Shown piece by piece: positions 47,750 through 56,389 of a DNA stretch of 64,000 nucleotides. The stretch comes from a virus (lineage: Duplodnaviria > Caudoviricetes). The position numbers were made by a program, and so were the translations under genes. Where the stretch lies: positions 1,329 through 65,328 of IMG/VR virus record IMGVR_UViG_3300013426_000035; one strand, given 5' to 3'. Within the stretch, counting starts at the first letter, position 1, and the number at the start of each line of letters is the position of its first letter. The notes under the pieces were generated by a model, which searched no databases, was not told where the DNA came from, and worked only from the letters and a program-made list of their open reading frames with translations.

Positions 47750-48184
47750 ATGGCTGAATCGGTTACTGGAACATCTGAAAACGGGGAATTTTACAGCGTG
47801 CGGAACGCGGCAGAGCTGTTAGGTTTGAAGAGTATCAGCTACACGCGGCGGCGCTTAGGCACGCCGGACGCGGTAGAAAAGCAGAAAAGTGGCGTTCGGT
47901 TTTTGTACACCTTGCAGCACATCGAAAAGCTGAAATTTACGCTCAAAAGAGAGCGAAAAGAGCGCGAATCAGAGCGCGGAAAGATTGCTTGCTATCATTG
48001 TCGGCGGCGGTGTGACAAGTGCGCTCTGCGGTCAGGGATTTGCCCTGATTGCCAAGCTAAAAAGCTGGTCAAAAATTTTGCTTGCCACGGAGACTGTACC
48101 AAGTGCGCGCCTGACTGTCACCTTTTGCGCGTGCTTGACAGGGCGTTACATGAGTATGGATGCGCTGTTGCAGGTGCGATTTAA
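47750..48184 (+). CDS. HTH plus Cys-rich Zn-finger hypothetical protein
   Basis: YSVRNAAELLG; several CxxC. Confidence 0.55.
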   Translation: MAESVTGTSENGEFYSVRNAAELLGLKSISYTRRRLGTPDAVEKQKSGVRFLYTLQHIEKLKFTLKRERKERESERGKIACYHCRRRCDKCALRSGICPDCQAKKLVKNFACHGDCTKCAPDCHLLRVLDRALHEYGCAVAGAI

Positions 48185-48193
48185 AACAGAAAA

Positions 48194-48215
48194 GCCGCCC
48201 TTTTTAGGGGGCGGC
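48194..48215. terminator. terminator between convergent units
   Basis: GCCGCCC / GGGCGGC hairpin. Confidence 0.65.
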
Positions 48216-48311
48216 AATGCCTCTTTTTTGAGAACTTAGCAGTCGCAACAGCCTTTCGGCAAGGGGCATTTTTAGTTTCAATACATAGCAGGATTTCTCC
48301 GGCTAACAGCT

Positions 48312-48761
48312 TTAATTTAGCGCGGCTTCAAACTTTTTCAAGTCTTCCGTGGAGCTTTTTTCAATTTTTTTTATCAGCTCTTTTTTCGTGGCTTCTTTCT
48401 CTGCTTTTTCCTGCGGAGATTCGACAAAAAAGCCATTGCGCTGGACAGCGATTGCCGCCTCCGCGATGTTTAACGCAAGCTCCTTTCGTGCCTGCGGGAT
48501 AATCAAGCGTCCGTTTTTGTACGCTGTAAAGGTGGAGTATTTAACTCCCAGCGCCTTGCAAAAAGCCTCAGAGGTCAAGCCCGATGCCTCGAAAATATCC
48601 TCAAAGGAGAGCTTTTCAAGAAGCTGTTGGCGGTAGTAGAAAAACTGCAAGTTGCCAATTACGTGCATACCTGCAAGGGTATAGATATGCGTGTACGCAG
48701 TCTCAGCGAACGGCGAGCTGTCTTCCGTAAACGCAATTTTATACAGCTTTGGTTCTTTCAT
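48312..48761 (-). CDS. XRE-type HTH domain protein
   Basis: SGLTSEAFCKALGVKYSTFTAYKNGR. Confidence 0.7.
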   Translation of the reverse strand: MKEPKLYKIAFTEDSSPFAETAYTHIYTLAGMHVIGNLQFFYYRQQLLEKLSFEDIFEASGLTSEAFCKALGVKYSTFTAYKNGRLIIPQARKELALNIAEAAIAVQRNGFFVESPQEKAEKEATKKELIKKIEKSSTEDLKKFEAALN

Positions 48762-48832
48762 TTTTAAATTTTTACTCCAGTTTTAAACCGCGCCTTCCGT
48801 TTTTTGTGAAAGGCGCGGTGTTCTTTTTGATT

Positions 48833-49129
48833 TTATGCGTCGTATTCTTCGAAGACAGGTCCTTCGTCGACAACCTGCGCTTCCGCGGGCATGCAATCTT
48901 GCCAGTCTTCATAAAAACCGGAATCTCCAATTTGGATTGCATTATCGCAATCCTCGATTCCGTCCATGCAACCGCGCCAGCGGCGCACGATTGAGTTTGA
49001 TACATCATCATCGTCGATGATGTATATATCTGCCTGACTGTAGCAGGCGTTCGCATCTGCGACCTCTTTTGCGTGGAAGAGGTCGCCGGATTCGATATTG
49101 GTTTTGATTCCGTTGCAGTAAATGTATAT
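48833..49129 (-). CDS. acidic hypothetical protein with apparent ATA start (absent from ORF track)
   Basis: 98-codon open frame starting 1 nt after the upstream stop; AAGGGGG SD; D/E-rich. Confidence 0.6.
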   Translation of the reverse strand: MYIYCNGIKTNIESGDLFHAKEVADANACYSQADIYIIDDDDVSNSIVRRWRGCMDGIEDCDNAIQIGDSGFYEDWQDCMPAEAQVVDEGPVFEEYDA

Positions 49130-49130
49130 T

Positions 49131-49526
49131 TTATTCCCCCTTTCTCATGTTGATAATGAGGCGGAGAGATTCTGCCTCTCCAAGGTCTGAGGCAACAAAA
49201 CCAACGTTTGGGGTGCCATTGCAAACTTCTTTATCGAAGAAGTTCACGCCTTCGATTTCTTCGACCCCCTCGCTGAAGTCGTCGACCTCATGCAGGTCGC
49301 CTTCTGCGTCTGTTTCGAACAGGCGCTCTGCGTCCACCGCTGTCTCAGCGGCCTGCTGTCCAGCCTCTTCAGCTTCCTCTACGTCCGCGATTTCGTCCCA
49401 GTCGTTGACATAGTACTGCCAGTCGTCAGTATCCTCAAGGTTCGTGTGGTGGGTTAGCGCGCGGTAGGTCTCGTTCGCGGCGCGGTTATAGGCTGCACGT
49501 TTTGCTTTTTCAAGTTCTGTCATCAT
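49131..49526 (-). CDS. highly acidic protein, paralogue of 12849-13073 with C-terminal extension
   Basis: First about 65 aa near-identical; AAGGAG SD. Confidence 0.75.
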   Translation of the reverse strand: MMTELEKAKRAAYNRAANETYRALTHHTNLEDTDDWQYYVNDWDEIADVEEAEEAGQQAAETAVDAERLFETDAEGDLHEVDDFSEGVEEIEGVNFFDKEVCNGTPNVGFVASDLGEAESLRLIINMRKGE

Positions 49527-49544
49527 GATTTTTTCTCCTTTCTC

Positions 49545-49745
49545 TTACTCGCCGCGCTCTGCGGCGAATTCCTTTTCCTGCTCGATAAATCCGCGCAGTT
49601 CCGCGCGGACTGTCTCTTCGCTTTCGTACTCTTCGTGGGCGCTTGCGTATGCCCACTGCTCTGTGCCCTCATTGTGGGCATCGAGCCCTTCTGCGGCGTA
49701 CATTTCTTCTGCTATTTCGAACAGTCTTTCTTCCGTAAACTTCAT
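49545..49745 (-). CDS. small highly acidic protein
   Basis: AAGGAG SD; MKFTEERLFEIAEEMY... Confidence 0.7.
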   Translation of the reverse strand: MKFTEERLFEIAEEMYAAEGLDAHNEGTEQWAYASAHEEYESEETVRAELRGFIEQEKEFAAERGE

Positions 49746-49814
49746 TTTTTTCTTCTCCTTGCCTTTCGGCGTTGTTTTTTTTGTTTCAGGGTTGCTTTTC
49801 CTGCTACAGTGCTT

Positions 49815-49842
49815 AATATACACCATATTTTATACTTTGCAA
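49815..49842 (-). promoter_or_regulatory. promoter TTGCAA-N16-TATATT
   Basis: Same architecture as 13127-13154. Confidence 0.6.
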
Positions 49843-49917
49843 GCCAAAATATAAAAATTTTTGCATTTTTCTTGTTTTGAACTCAATTTTTCTTGATTAT
49901 CTGATAGCGATTATTGA

Positions 49918-50373
49918 TTATTGGCAATTTTGCGGGTAAAAAAAGGCGAAGAGTGTGCGCTTGTCGTGCGATGATAGTAGCATAGAGCCACGCGCTATCA
50001 CGTCCATGCCTAGCAAGAGGTCAAAGCCAGCATCAGCTCCAGCCTCTGCGACATGTAGGCTAGACAGTGCAAAGCCTCCTTTAAAGCGCACGTCTATGGT
50101 ATATATAGATACGCGCTCTGTACCATGTACACCAGTGACAAGCGCAGTGTCGATACTTTGCAAGTGCAAGGCGCGCGCTATGTCGCTTGATACCATCGAC
50201 GATGTCGCGCCTGTGTCAAAGATAGCCTTACAGCTCCTTACAGAGTCCGCGCCTGTCTCCATGCCTTGCGTGGCGTGGGATATGGTGACTGGTACAGCTA
50301 ACTCACGCGCGAGAGTATCAAAGTATAGGGAGCAAGCAAAAATCTTGTTATCGTCTGTATCGTGATGTTCCAT
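49918..50373 (-). CDS. retropepsin-like aspartyl protease
   Basis: AIFDTGATSS catalytic motif; LLLGMDVI C-terminal motif. Confidence 0.85.
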   Translation of the reverse strand: MEHHDTDDNKIFACSLYFDTLARELAVPVTISHATQGMETGADSVRSCKAIFDTGATSSMVSSDIARALHLQSIDTALVTGVHGTERVSIYTIDVRFKGGFALSSLHVAEAGADAGFDLLLGMDVIARGSMLLSSHDKRTLFAFFYPQNCQ

Positions 50374-50404
50374 TTTATGGACCTTTCCGGCGTTGGATTA
50401 TACT

Positions 50405-50429
50405 AAAAACCCCGCTTTTTGAGGCGGGG
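50405..50429 (-). terminator. intrinsic terminator
   Basis: CCCCGC/GCGGGG followed by T5 on the minus strand. Confidence 0.65.
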
Positions 50430-50466
50430 GAACAGGAAGGGGAGATAAAACGGTGTAATTTTTCGG

Positions 50467-50805
50467 TTACGTGGTAGTAGTAGCCGGATTTGCGGCGTTG
50501 AGGATGTTGAGAGTTGCAACACCTCCGACGCAAATAATTGTGGCTAGATACACTCGTTCACCGACAAGTCCACTTGCTTCAGCCGCCGCGCTTGAGCCTG
50601 AAAAGACAATGGGGAGCACCGTGCCGTTGCAGAGCTGGACCGCCGGGGGAAGGGTGGAAGTTGTAGTTGCCGGGACTGACAGCATGAAAATATCCTGCTG
50701 TCTGAGGCGGCAAAGTGTGGAACGAAGCGAGTATATGACGTTGGTTGTCCCTACAATGGGAGCACCGAGCGCATATCTGCAAAAATAACCATGTTTGCAA
50801 GCCAT
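50467..50805 (-). CDS. hypothetical beta-rich protein (cassette gene 1)
   Basis: AAGGAG SD. Confidence 0.65.
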   Translation of the reverse strand: MACKHGYFCRYALGAPIVGTTNVIYSLRSTLCRLRQQDIFMLSVPATTTSTLPPAVQLCNGTVLPIVFSGSSAAAEASGLVGERVYLATIICVGGVATLNILNAANPATTTT

Positions 50806-50885
50806 TTTTAAATCTCCTTAAATTGCTTGATTTAGGTTGTTCCCGTTCCAGTTTTTGAGGCTGAAACGGGAGGTTTTATGGGTTG

Positions 50886-51701
50886 TTAGCAACCGGAGTT
50901 ACAGCCACATCCACCGCAGGAATTTGCGGCGGCGGCACATCCGCTTCCGGCGGCGTACTGCCCGAAGCGCTCAAGGACAAACAACTGCTGCTTTGCCTCT
51001 GCAAGTTTGCGTTCGACGTCTGCGGTATACTGTGCCTGAATAAGCGCACGCGTCGCCGCGCCTTCTGCCGCGATTGCGGTTTTGAGCTCGCAATTCTGCA
51101 TGGCGTTGTTGTAGTTGAGCTGTCCAAACTGCTGGCTGATATTGGCGTTGAGCGACTGAATGCTCTGCTGAGTGTTACAGCAACAGGAGGCAATTGCCGC
51201 CTGAATGTCTCTCTGCCCGAGCTGATTCTGATACGCGGAATTGGTAACTGCGTTACTGATTTCGCGCTGTCCGAGCTGGTTCTGATACGCGGCGTTGGTG
51301 ATTGCCGCGTTGGTGTCAGCAAAGGACTGGAAGAGGTTGGAACGGAGGTCGCTGAGCGTGTTTCTGATGCCATTGACAGTCTGGGAGGTGTAGTTTGCAC
51401 CTGCCTTGAGCTCTGCGATGTTGGTCGCGTCTGTGATAGCAAGGTCAGCACCGAGCGCGCCAATTCCGGACGTGCAACCGCCGCAATTTCCAGCTCGATT
51501 TCCGAATCCTCCGAAGCCGCCGCCCCATCCGCCAAAAGCGAAGAAAAGCAGGATAATCCAAGCCCACCAGCCGCCGCCGAAGCCGCCGCAATCGCCCCAG
51601 TTGGAGTTGTTTCTGTTGTTGTTCAAAAGTGCCATTGCCTCCCAGCCGTTAAAGCCCGAATTCCCGGCGGGATTGACGTTGTAAATCGGAACTGCTTCCA
51701 T
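50886..51701 (-). CDS. Gly-rich membrane protein with CCC motif (cassette gene 2)
   Basis: GGGWWAWIILLFFAFGGWGG; AYQNQLGQR x2; SCCCNTQ; C-terminal CGGCGC; GAGGT SD at ATG 51701. Confidence 0.8.
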   Translation of the reverse strand: MEAVPIYNVNPAGNSGFNGWEAMALLNNNRNNSNWGDCGGFGGGWWAWIILLFFAFGGWGGGFGGFGNRAGNCGGCTSGIGALGADLAITDATNIAELKAGANYTSQTVNGIRNTLSDLRSNLFQSFADTNAAITNAAYQNQLGQREISNAVTNSAYQNQLGQRDIQAAIASCCCNTQQSIQSLNANISQQFGQLNYNNAMQNCELKTAIAAEGAATRALIQAQYTADVERKLAEAKQQLFVLERFGQYAAGSGCAAAANSCGGCGCNSGC

Positions 51702-51933
51702 GATTTTACCTCGTTTTTTAGTGTGTTTTTTTTGTTTAAAAGTGAGTGTAAACGACGCGAATTCCGGAGCTCCGCGACGATTACAGGGAGGAATATAAAA
51801 ACTGATTTTAGAAAGTTGAAATATTGGAAAATCGGGGAACGTATGCGGACTTTGAAAACTTGATTTTTTGATAAAATAGAGGGCGTGGATATAGTGCAAC
51901 AAACAGGAAAAATAAACGCGGGGAAGTCCAAAA

Positions 51934-52566
51934 ATGAGCGAAGAAACTAACATCGTTGAAGCAGAGGAAACGGCGGTTTTGGCGGATACTCCAAAGACGG
52001 AGGAACAGACGGTTGAAACACCTGCTCCGACTCCGGAAAATCCGGTTGAAACACCAGCTCCGGCGGTAACTGCTGAAAGCGTCTATTCCGAACGCGTCAA
52101 GCTCGAAAATGACGCGTATCAAAGGCATTTTCAGGCGTTGCAAGATGAAATCGCGGAGATACGCAAAAAGTATCCGGACGCGGGCGCTGAAACGGAACCT
52201 GAAGACCCGGTGAAGCGACTTTCGGGAGAGGTCAACGACCTGAAAACGGGGCTAGGCGAACTCAAAGAGCTGATGGAAAGACAGCAAGCGCAAGCGGCGA
52301 ATAACGCGCAAGCGTTGCAGAATCAGGGGGACACGGGAAACACGTATCAACAGCCTGTACAACCCTATTTCCAGCCTGTTTTTCAACAGCCCTATTACAC
52401 GCCGCCAATGTTTCAAACGTCAACGATAATGCCAGCGCCGCCCTTGCCATTTATACAAACTCCTAGCTTTGCTCCGGCGAATACATTACCGCCAATGCTG
52501 AGCAGGGGAGGCGGCAACGGGAATGGCATGAATGGCTTGAATTTTAACTCAAACGGAGGAAAATAA
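51934..52566 (+). CDS. acidic coiled-coil plus Q/P-rich low-complexity protein (cassette gene 3)
   Basis: Composition; operon with the next two genes. Confidence 0.7.
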   Translation: MSEETNIVEAEETAVLADTPKTEEQTVETPAPTPENPVETPAPAVTAESVYSERVKLENDAYQRHFQALQDEIAEIRKKYPDAGAETEPEDPVKRLSGEVNDLKTGLGELKELMERQQAQAANNAQALQNQGDTGNTYQQPVQPYFQPVFQQPYYTPPMFQTSTIMPAPPLPFIQTPSFAPANTLPPMLSRGGGNGNGMNGLNFNSNGGK

Positions 52567-52567
52567 A

Positions 52568-52888
52568 ATGGCAGAAAACGCTAATCAGAAGGGCTTTACC
52601 ACGATTAAGATTATCGGGGGCGATGATGGAACATCTTACAAGATGGAAATCGTCGAACCTGAAGCAAAAAACGGAAGCAGGATAGACCAAAAGGTTGCAA
52701 ACTACATTTTGAGCCTCGACAATCAGATGCGGGACCCTAATTTTGTAGGCATGATGCAACAGGCGCGGCAGAACCCACAGGGGCTTATGCAACAGATGTT
52801 CCAAAGGTTTATGGGCGGCGGTATGCCTATGGGAGGCATGGGCGGCGGCTTTAATCCTATGAACATGTTTATGGGCGGCGGGCGATGA
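52568..52888 (+). CDS. M/Q/G-rich protein (cassette gene 4)
   Basis: MMQQARQNPQGLMQQMF...GGMGG; GGAGG SD. Confidence 0.7.
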   Translation: MAENANQKGFTTIKIIGGDDGTSYKMEIVEPEAKNGSRIDQKVANYILSLDNQMRDPNFVGMMQQARQNPQGLMQQMFQRFMGGGMPMGGMGGGFNPMNMFMGGGR

Positions 52889-52941
52889 CTTGAACGCCGC
52901 GTTTTGAACTCAAAACAAGCAAAAAAGAAAGGCTATCTATC

Positions 52942-53739
52942 ATGGATAAGCAAGCGGAAATGATGAAATCCGGAGAGCGTGAAAACTATCCGGAACGGTA
53001 CGACAAAGAGGCTTTTATCGAAGAGCTGAAAAAGAGCGAAAATCCGGACAAGATGTCATGGGTCATGCTCTCTTACATCGTGCAGAATATGGCAGATGAA
53101 GTCATGCGACGTGGGGAGCGCGGCGAATCCAGTCGCTACTCCGGAGCGCATTACACAGATTCGCGATTCCGGCGCGATTACGGGCGGCATGGATACGATG
53201 GGTATGACGACAGGGGCGAGTATTACGACGGCGCGCATATGTACCGCGCGGGCGTTGGAATGCGACGCTACACGCGTTATGCTGGTGATGAGCGTATCTG
53301 TGAGGCAAAAGAGCAGATCGGCAAAAAGGTCGGGCATGAGCTTTCAGACGATGAAATCAAGTGCCTGATTGTAACCGAAGCGGCATCGCTTATCAAGAAA
53401 CTTGCACAATGCGAGGATTACGGAGCTGTGAAGGAATTCACGGAGCTGGAAATGGCGATGAAAGGACTGACAGATAACATCCCTGAAGAGGTCGAATATC
53501 AGGCGAAAGTTGACGCAATCTCAACGTATGCGCGCATGTTTGGCGAAAGCGGGGATGAAACGCGGAATCGGGCGTATCGGTCCTATTCCTCCTCTCCAGC
53601 GCGGCGTTATGATTATGAAGACCGTGAACGCTTTCACAATGGCGAAAGGGAGGGACGCAGAAGCGAACTTCCGCGCGTTGAGATTGGCGAGTTCGGGCGG
53701 CGTGGGCGTTCGCGTGATTCGATGGGACGCTTTAACTGA
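52942..53739 (+). CDS. R/Y/D/G-rich protein ending RGRSRDSMGRFN (cassette gene 5)
   Basis: GAAAGG SD; RDSMGR motif. Confidence 0.75.
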   Translation: MDKQAEMMKSGERENYPERYDKEAFIEELKKSENPDKMSWVMLSYIVQNMADEVMRRGERGESSRYSGAHYTDSRFRRDYGRHGYDGYDDRGEYYDGAHMYRAGVGMRRYTRYAGDERICEAKEQIGKKVGHELSDDEIKCLIVTEAASLIKKLAQCEDYGAVKEFTELEMAMKGLTDNIPEEVEYQAKVDAISTYARMFGESGDETRNRAYRSYSSSPARRYDYEDRERFHNGEREGRRSELPRVEIGEFGRRGRSRDSMGRFN

Positions 53740-53786
53740 CAGATAAGACAGAATTACCCTCTGTTCAAAAAAAATGAAGATTTTTT

Positions 53787-53821
53787 CCGTTTTCCCTCTT
53801 TGCGGAGGGAAGCGGTTTTTT
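53787..53821 (+). terminator. intrinsic terminator
   Basis: CCG.TTCCCTC / GAGGGAA.CGG followed by T run. Confidence 0.6.
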
Positions 53822-53831
53822 GTTTGAAAAG

Positions 53832-53993
53832 TTACATACAGTTTTACATACAAAAGGCACGCTCAAGCGGTGTTTTTAAATGTCCCTCGTTTGGGAATTT
53901 GAGTTCAAATTGGTGGAATTTATGGAGCGGGTGAAGGGAGTCGAACCTTTTAAAACCGCTACAAATTTGAACGTTACATACCTTTTTACATAC
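53832..53993. other. attP: tRNA-Gly 3'-end core (53923-53947, minus strand) flanked by TTACATAC arm repeats
   Basis: Minus strand reads GGTTCGACTCCCTTCACCCGCTCCA; TTACATAC at 53832, 53844, 53974, 53986; adjacent to the integrase stop. Confidence 0.85.
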
Positions 53994-54001
53994 AGCCGAA
54001 A

Positions 54002-55105
54002 TCACGAAAAAAGCCCGATTTTGGGCAGTTTTTCGACCTCGTGCGCGGCTGAAACATCGTGACTGTACAAGTCGTTCATAACATCGCTTTTGTGTCCTCC
54101 AGCAAGCGATGTAGTGCGTCTGTGTAGCTTGCCTGCGTCGCATCGCGTGAAGAACGACGCGCGGAGGCTGTGGAAACTTGCTTTGCCCTCCTCGTTATCT
54201 TTGATTTTGAGCTTTTTTAGAAGTTTTCTGAAGTCCACGCCTGAGGAGTGGGCTGTTTTTGCGTTGTAGTGGCTTAAAAGAGGTTTTTCGGAATCCTCTG
54301 GGAAATTGAGCTCTGTGAGAATTTGGAGTAACTCAGGCTGGATACCACATGTGAACCATTGCTTTGATTTAGGGCGTTTCCAGCGTATCAGGCGCTCTTT
54401 AAGATTGATTGCGTTGCAAGGTATGGAAAAGGCTGTCGATATGTCCATGCCCGCGAAAAAGCCTAAAGCAGAGGCAACACGCAACGGAAGCCCGGCGGCG
54501 CGGTAAATGCGCTTGAACTCCTTTGCTGTAATAGGACGATGAGAAACGACGTTTCTAATCTTGCGTGATACAATGTTTTCGAACGGGGAGCGTGTCAATT
54601 TTGCCTTGACAAGCAAGAGCCGGAAAGCCTTGTTTAGCACGCTCCTATTGTTGTTGTAGGACTTGTAATTGCGCCCATTTGTAAAGTTTTGCTCTAGGTA
54701 ATTTTGCGCCATTTCCGGCGTTACCATATCCATGTATTTTACAGTCATACTTTTTATAAATCGGGCGATAATCCGGCGGCTGGTAACAGGCAATGTTTGG
54801 ATTTTTTCCAGCTCCTCAATCATGCTTGCAAGAGGTAAGCCGCTCCGGCAATGTTCCCCCTCTTTAGGGAGGGGAAGGACGGTTTTTGGAAGCGGTGTTA
54901 CAGCTAAATGTGCCTGTGGGAAGAATTCCGGAAAGTCCTTGACTATAACGTGTGTTTGCTTGCGTTTTAGCACAAAAGACATGTATTCCGCGTGCAGTCT
55001 GATAGCGTCTACAGGGTCTTTGGTCTTAAGCGTACGGGTCTTAAGTCGCCCGTCAACGTCCCTAAAATAGGCGTAATAGCAACCTTTGATACAGCGTAAA
55101 GCCAT
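54002..55105 (-). CDS. int: tyrosine integrase
   Basis: FHSLRASF and GGHKSDVMNDLY catalytic boxes; TAATG coupling to upstream gene; GGAGG SD. Confidence 0.9.
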   Translation of the reverse strand: MALRCIKGCYYAYFRDVDGRLKTRTLKTKDPVDAIRLHAEYMSFVLKRKQTHVIVKDFPEFFPQAHLAVTPLPKTVLPLPKEGEHCRSGLPLASMIEELEKIQTLPVTSRRIIARFIKSMTVKYMDMVTPEMAQNYLEQNFTNGRNYKSYNNNRSVLNKAFRLLLVKAKLTRSPFENIVSRKIRNVVSHRPITAKEFKRIYRAAGLPLRVASALGFFAGMDISTAFSIPCNAINLKERLIRWKRPKSKQWFTCGIQPELLQILTELNFPEDSEKPLLSHYNAKTAHSSGVDFRKLLKKLKIKDNEEGKASFHSLRASFFTRCDAGKLHRRTTSLAGGHKSDVMNDLYSHDVSAAHEVEKLPKIGLFS

Positions 55106-55353
55106 TACTTTAACCCTCCGTTTCCTGCGCTCGAAATTTGCACGTTTGCGCTTTGGTCGAATGTGTGGTGGACCTCCTGAGGGATGAGGCGACAACCTAT
55201 TGCAGTAGCACAAAATGCCAGCGCAATTCCAGCCGCCGCCCATACCACGTAAGGAGGCAGATTGATAATCGTTTGATTGCCAATGCAATCACCTTTTAGG
55301 GCTTCGAGATGCGTGATACTCCCCCTGTTATCACGCCCGAAGGAGTTATTCAT
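55105..55353 (-). CDS. small single-TM protein between cI and int
   Basis: Overlapping start/stop at both ends; hydrophobic segment VVWAAAGIALAF. Confidence 0.55.
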   Translation of the reverse strand: MNNSFGRDNRGSITHLEALKGDCIGNQTIINLPPYVVWAAAGIALAFCATAIGCRLIPQEVHHTFDQSANVQISSAGNGGLK

Positions 55354-55829
55354 TGTTTCTGTTTTTTCTCCAGCCTGTGTAAGCTAAATTTAACCTTTTC
55401 AGCGTCAGAAAACGAATCCTCTTTTAGAATGTCTATGACCTCTGAAAGGATGTTTTCCGAATCTCCGTTTACGATGTGTGTTATACTCCCTATATTGTCC
55501 CCTCCGAAAGAGTTTAAATCTCCTTTGCTCGTATTTGTGGAGGCGTTCGCGGTGTTCCCTCGGATAGAAATTTTTGCAAATGGAAAGAGCTTGCAAAACT
55601 TGCGGAGAGACAGCTTATCAATAGGCGCAGTCCCTGATATCAGCGCTGATATATAGGATTGTCCTATTCCAGTTTGTCTATGTATCTGCGACTGTGATGT
55701 CTGGTTTGCCATCTCTCTAAGCTCACCCACAAAACCTTCGAGGCGTGGGTCTAGAGGCTCTTTTTCCTTTTCTTTCTCCCCTTTTGCCAGTTGCTCTGTC
55801 TTTTGGGTGTCGATGTTGACTGTTGTCAT
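55350..55829 (-). CDS. CI-like repressor (XRE HTH)
   Basis: SQSQIHRQTGIGQSYISALISG; GGAGGT SD; divergent switch. Confidence 0.75.
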   Translation of the reverse strand: MTTVNIDTQKTEQLAKGEKEKEKEPLDPRLEGFVGELREMANQTSQSQIHRQTGIGQSYISALISGTAPIDKLSLRKFCKLFPFAKISIRGNTANASTNTSKGDLNSFGGDNIGSITHIVNGDSENILSEVIDILKEDSFSDAEKVKFSLHRLEKKQKQ

Positions 55830-55852
55830 CTGTCACCTCCATTTTTTGGTTG

Positions 55853-55951
55853 GCTAGCGCTAATGTAGCACCCGTTTTATAAAATTTCAACTTTTTTTAA
55901 AACATCACTTGAAAATTATCTTTGCAGTGCTAGATTATCGCTACAACGCTA
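55853..55951. promoter_or_regulatory. divergent lysis/lysogeny promoters with TAGCG/CGCTA half-sites
   Basis: Minus: TTGAAA-N17-TACATT (55862-55890); plus: TTGAAA-N16-TAGATT (55909-55936); related palindrome at 56118-56137. Confidence 0.65.
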
Positions 55952-55964
55952 AGAGGTGCGAAAA

Positions 55965-56150
55965 ATGAAAAGTAAGAAAAGGCGGCAAATTGCGCTGGTG
56001 GCAACACCAGACGAAATTCGCAAAATTGAACTCATTATGCGCCATTTTCGGCGCAATTCGTACAGTGACACTATGCGTATGCTTATTAGTGCCGCGAGCG
56101 AAAAAATTTTAACCAAGTCTAGCGATATAGCGCTAGATGAGGGGTGCTGA
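55965..56150 (+). CDS. Cro-like / ribbon-helix-helix small regulator
   Basis: First gene divergent from cI; basic; GAGGTG SD. Confidence 0.55.
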   Translation: MKSKKRRQIALVATPDEIRKIELIMRHFRRNSYSDTMRMLISAASEKILTKSSDIALDEGC

Positions 56151-56152
56151 AA

Positions 56153-56389
56153 ATGAAAAAAGAATCAGCAGAAATGCCAGTCTTCCAGTCCCTCGAAGAG
56201 TTTGACTACTCTTGGGGGCAGGAAATGGCTCTGCGTTGCATAGCGCAGGGCGAGCACATGATAGTCGCCACCATGCGGCTATTTGGCACGTGCTATCCAG
56301 AGGGCGTGCGACGTGGCTTTGTGGCTAAGCTACAAGCCTACAGAGCCGCGCAAGCGGCAGGGCTTGAGATTGCCTTACCAAAGGCATAA
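56153..56389 (+). CDS. hypothetical protein
   Basis: GAGGGG SD. Confidence 0.55.
   Translation: MKKESAEMPVFQSLEEFDYSWGQEMALRCIAQGEHMIVATMRLFGTCYPEGVRRGFVAKLQAYRAAQAAGLEIALPKA

Noticed and set aside
48772-49224. 150-aa ORF from the ORF track
   Set aside because: It overlaps the end of 49131-49526 and lacks an SD; the alternative frame 48833-49129 fits better.
50883-51863. Long antisense ORFs (also 62866-63753, 31443-32333, 6564-7379, 18909-19592)
   Set aside because: Shadows of well-supported genes on the opposite strand, with no motifs or SDs.
53923-53947. Complete tRNA gene
   Set aside because: Only the T-arm and 3' acceptor strand are present, with no D or anticodon arm; interpreted as the att core.
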